Shown one piece after another: positions 32,760 through 32,939 of a stretch of 32,939 nucleotides of DNA. The stretch's first letter is position 1. Every line of letters begins with the position of its first letter. The stretch is from Octopus bimaculoides (taxonomy: Eukaryota): NCBI RefSeq assembly GCF_001194135.2, contig NC_068981.1, forward strand, positions 186,302,245-186,335,183. Reading direction: 5' to 3'. Both the position numbers and the translations under genes were made by a program. The notes beneath the pieces are model-generated. The model saw only the letters and a list, made by a program, of their open reading frames with translations, made no database searches and was not told the origin of the DNA.

Positions 32760-32908
32760 AAGATGAAGATGGGTGTGTAAACAGATGTATTTGTTTAACG
32801 CTCGGGAAGCGAGAAAGTGTTTTACGTCTCGAGCCTACGCTTTTCCACAGAAAGGAACACAGAAATAAACAAGGAGAGAAAATAGAAAAAAGATTTAGTG
32901 GCTATTGA
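32760..32908 (-). mobile_element. Dispersed repeat with a hammerhead-like motif, copy 2
   Basis: Homologous to 22730-22870. Confidence 0.65.

Positions 32909-32939
<31 letters not shown>
32909..32939. repeat. (CT)n microsatellite
   Basis: Dinucleotide run to the end of the window. Confidence 0.95.

Noticed and set aside
1-32939. CRISPR array or prokaryotic defence system
   Set aside because: No regularly spaced repeat-spacer units and no operon-like gene density; all repeats are explained as microsatellites or eukaryotic transposable elements.

Overview
AT-rich, repeat-dense eukaryotic genomic DNA from a gapped draft assembly with six N-gaps. The SINE families look like those of octopus (coleoid cephalopod); this is recalled from memory, not a database match. 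Most ORFs in the supplied track are artefacts of microsatellites or N-runs. The window holds three groups of tRNA-derived SINEs, a decayed Penelope-like element (RT C-terminus plus GIY-YIG), and a 5'-truncated non-LTR retrotransposon with a restriction-like endonuclease (RLE) sitting in (TACA)n. It also holds two mariner-type MITE copies and a palindromic element nested in a SINE with a 14-bp target-site duplication (TSD). The most notable signal is a nearly canonical minimal type-I hammerhead ribozyme on the minus strand (11071-11118), with three more decayed or variant hammerhead-like motifs. A frame-compatible chain of small + strand exons (23822-23893, 28192-28266, 31485-31626 plus AATAAA) may be the 3' end of an unrecognised host gene. 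There is no CRISPR array, rRNA or true tRNA gene.
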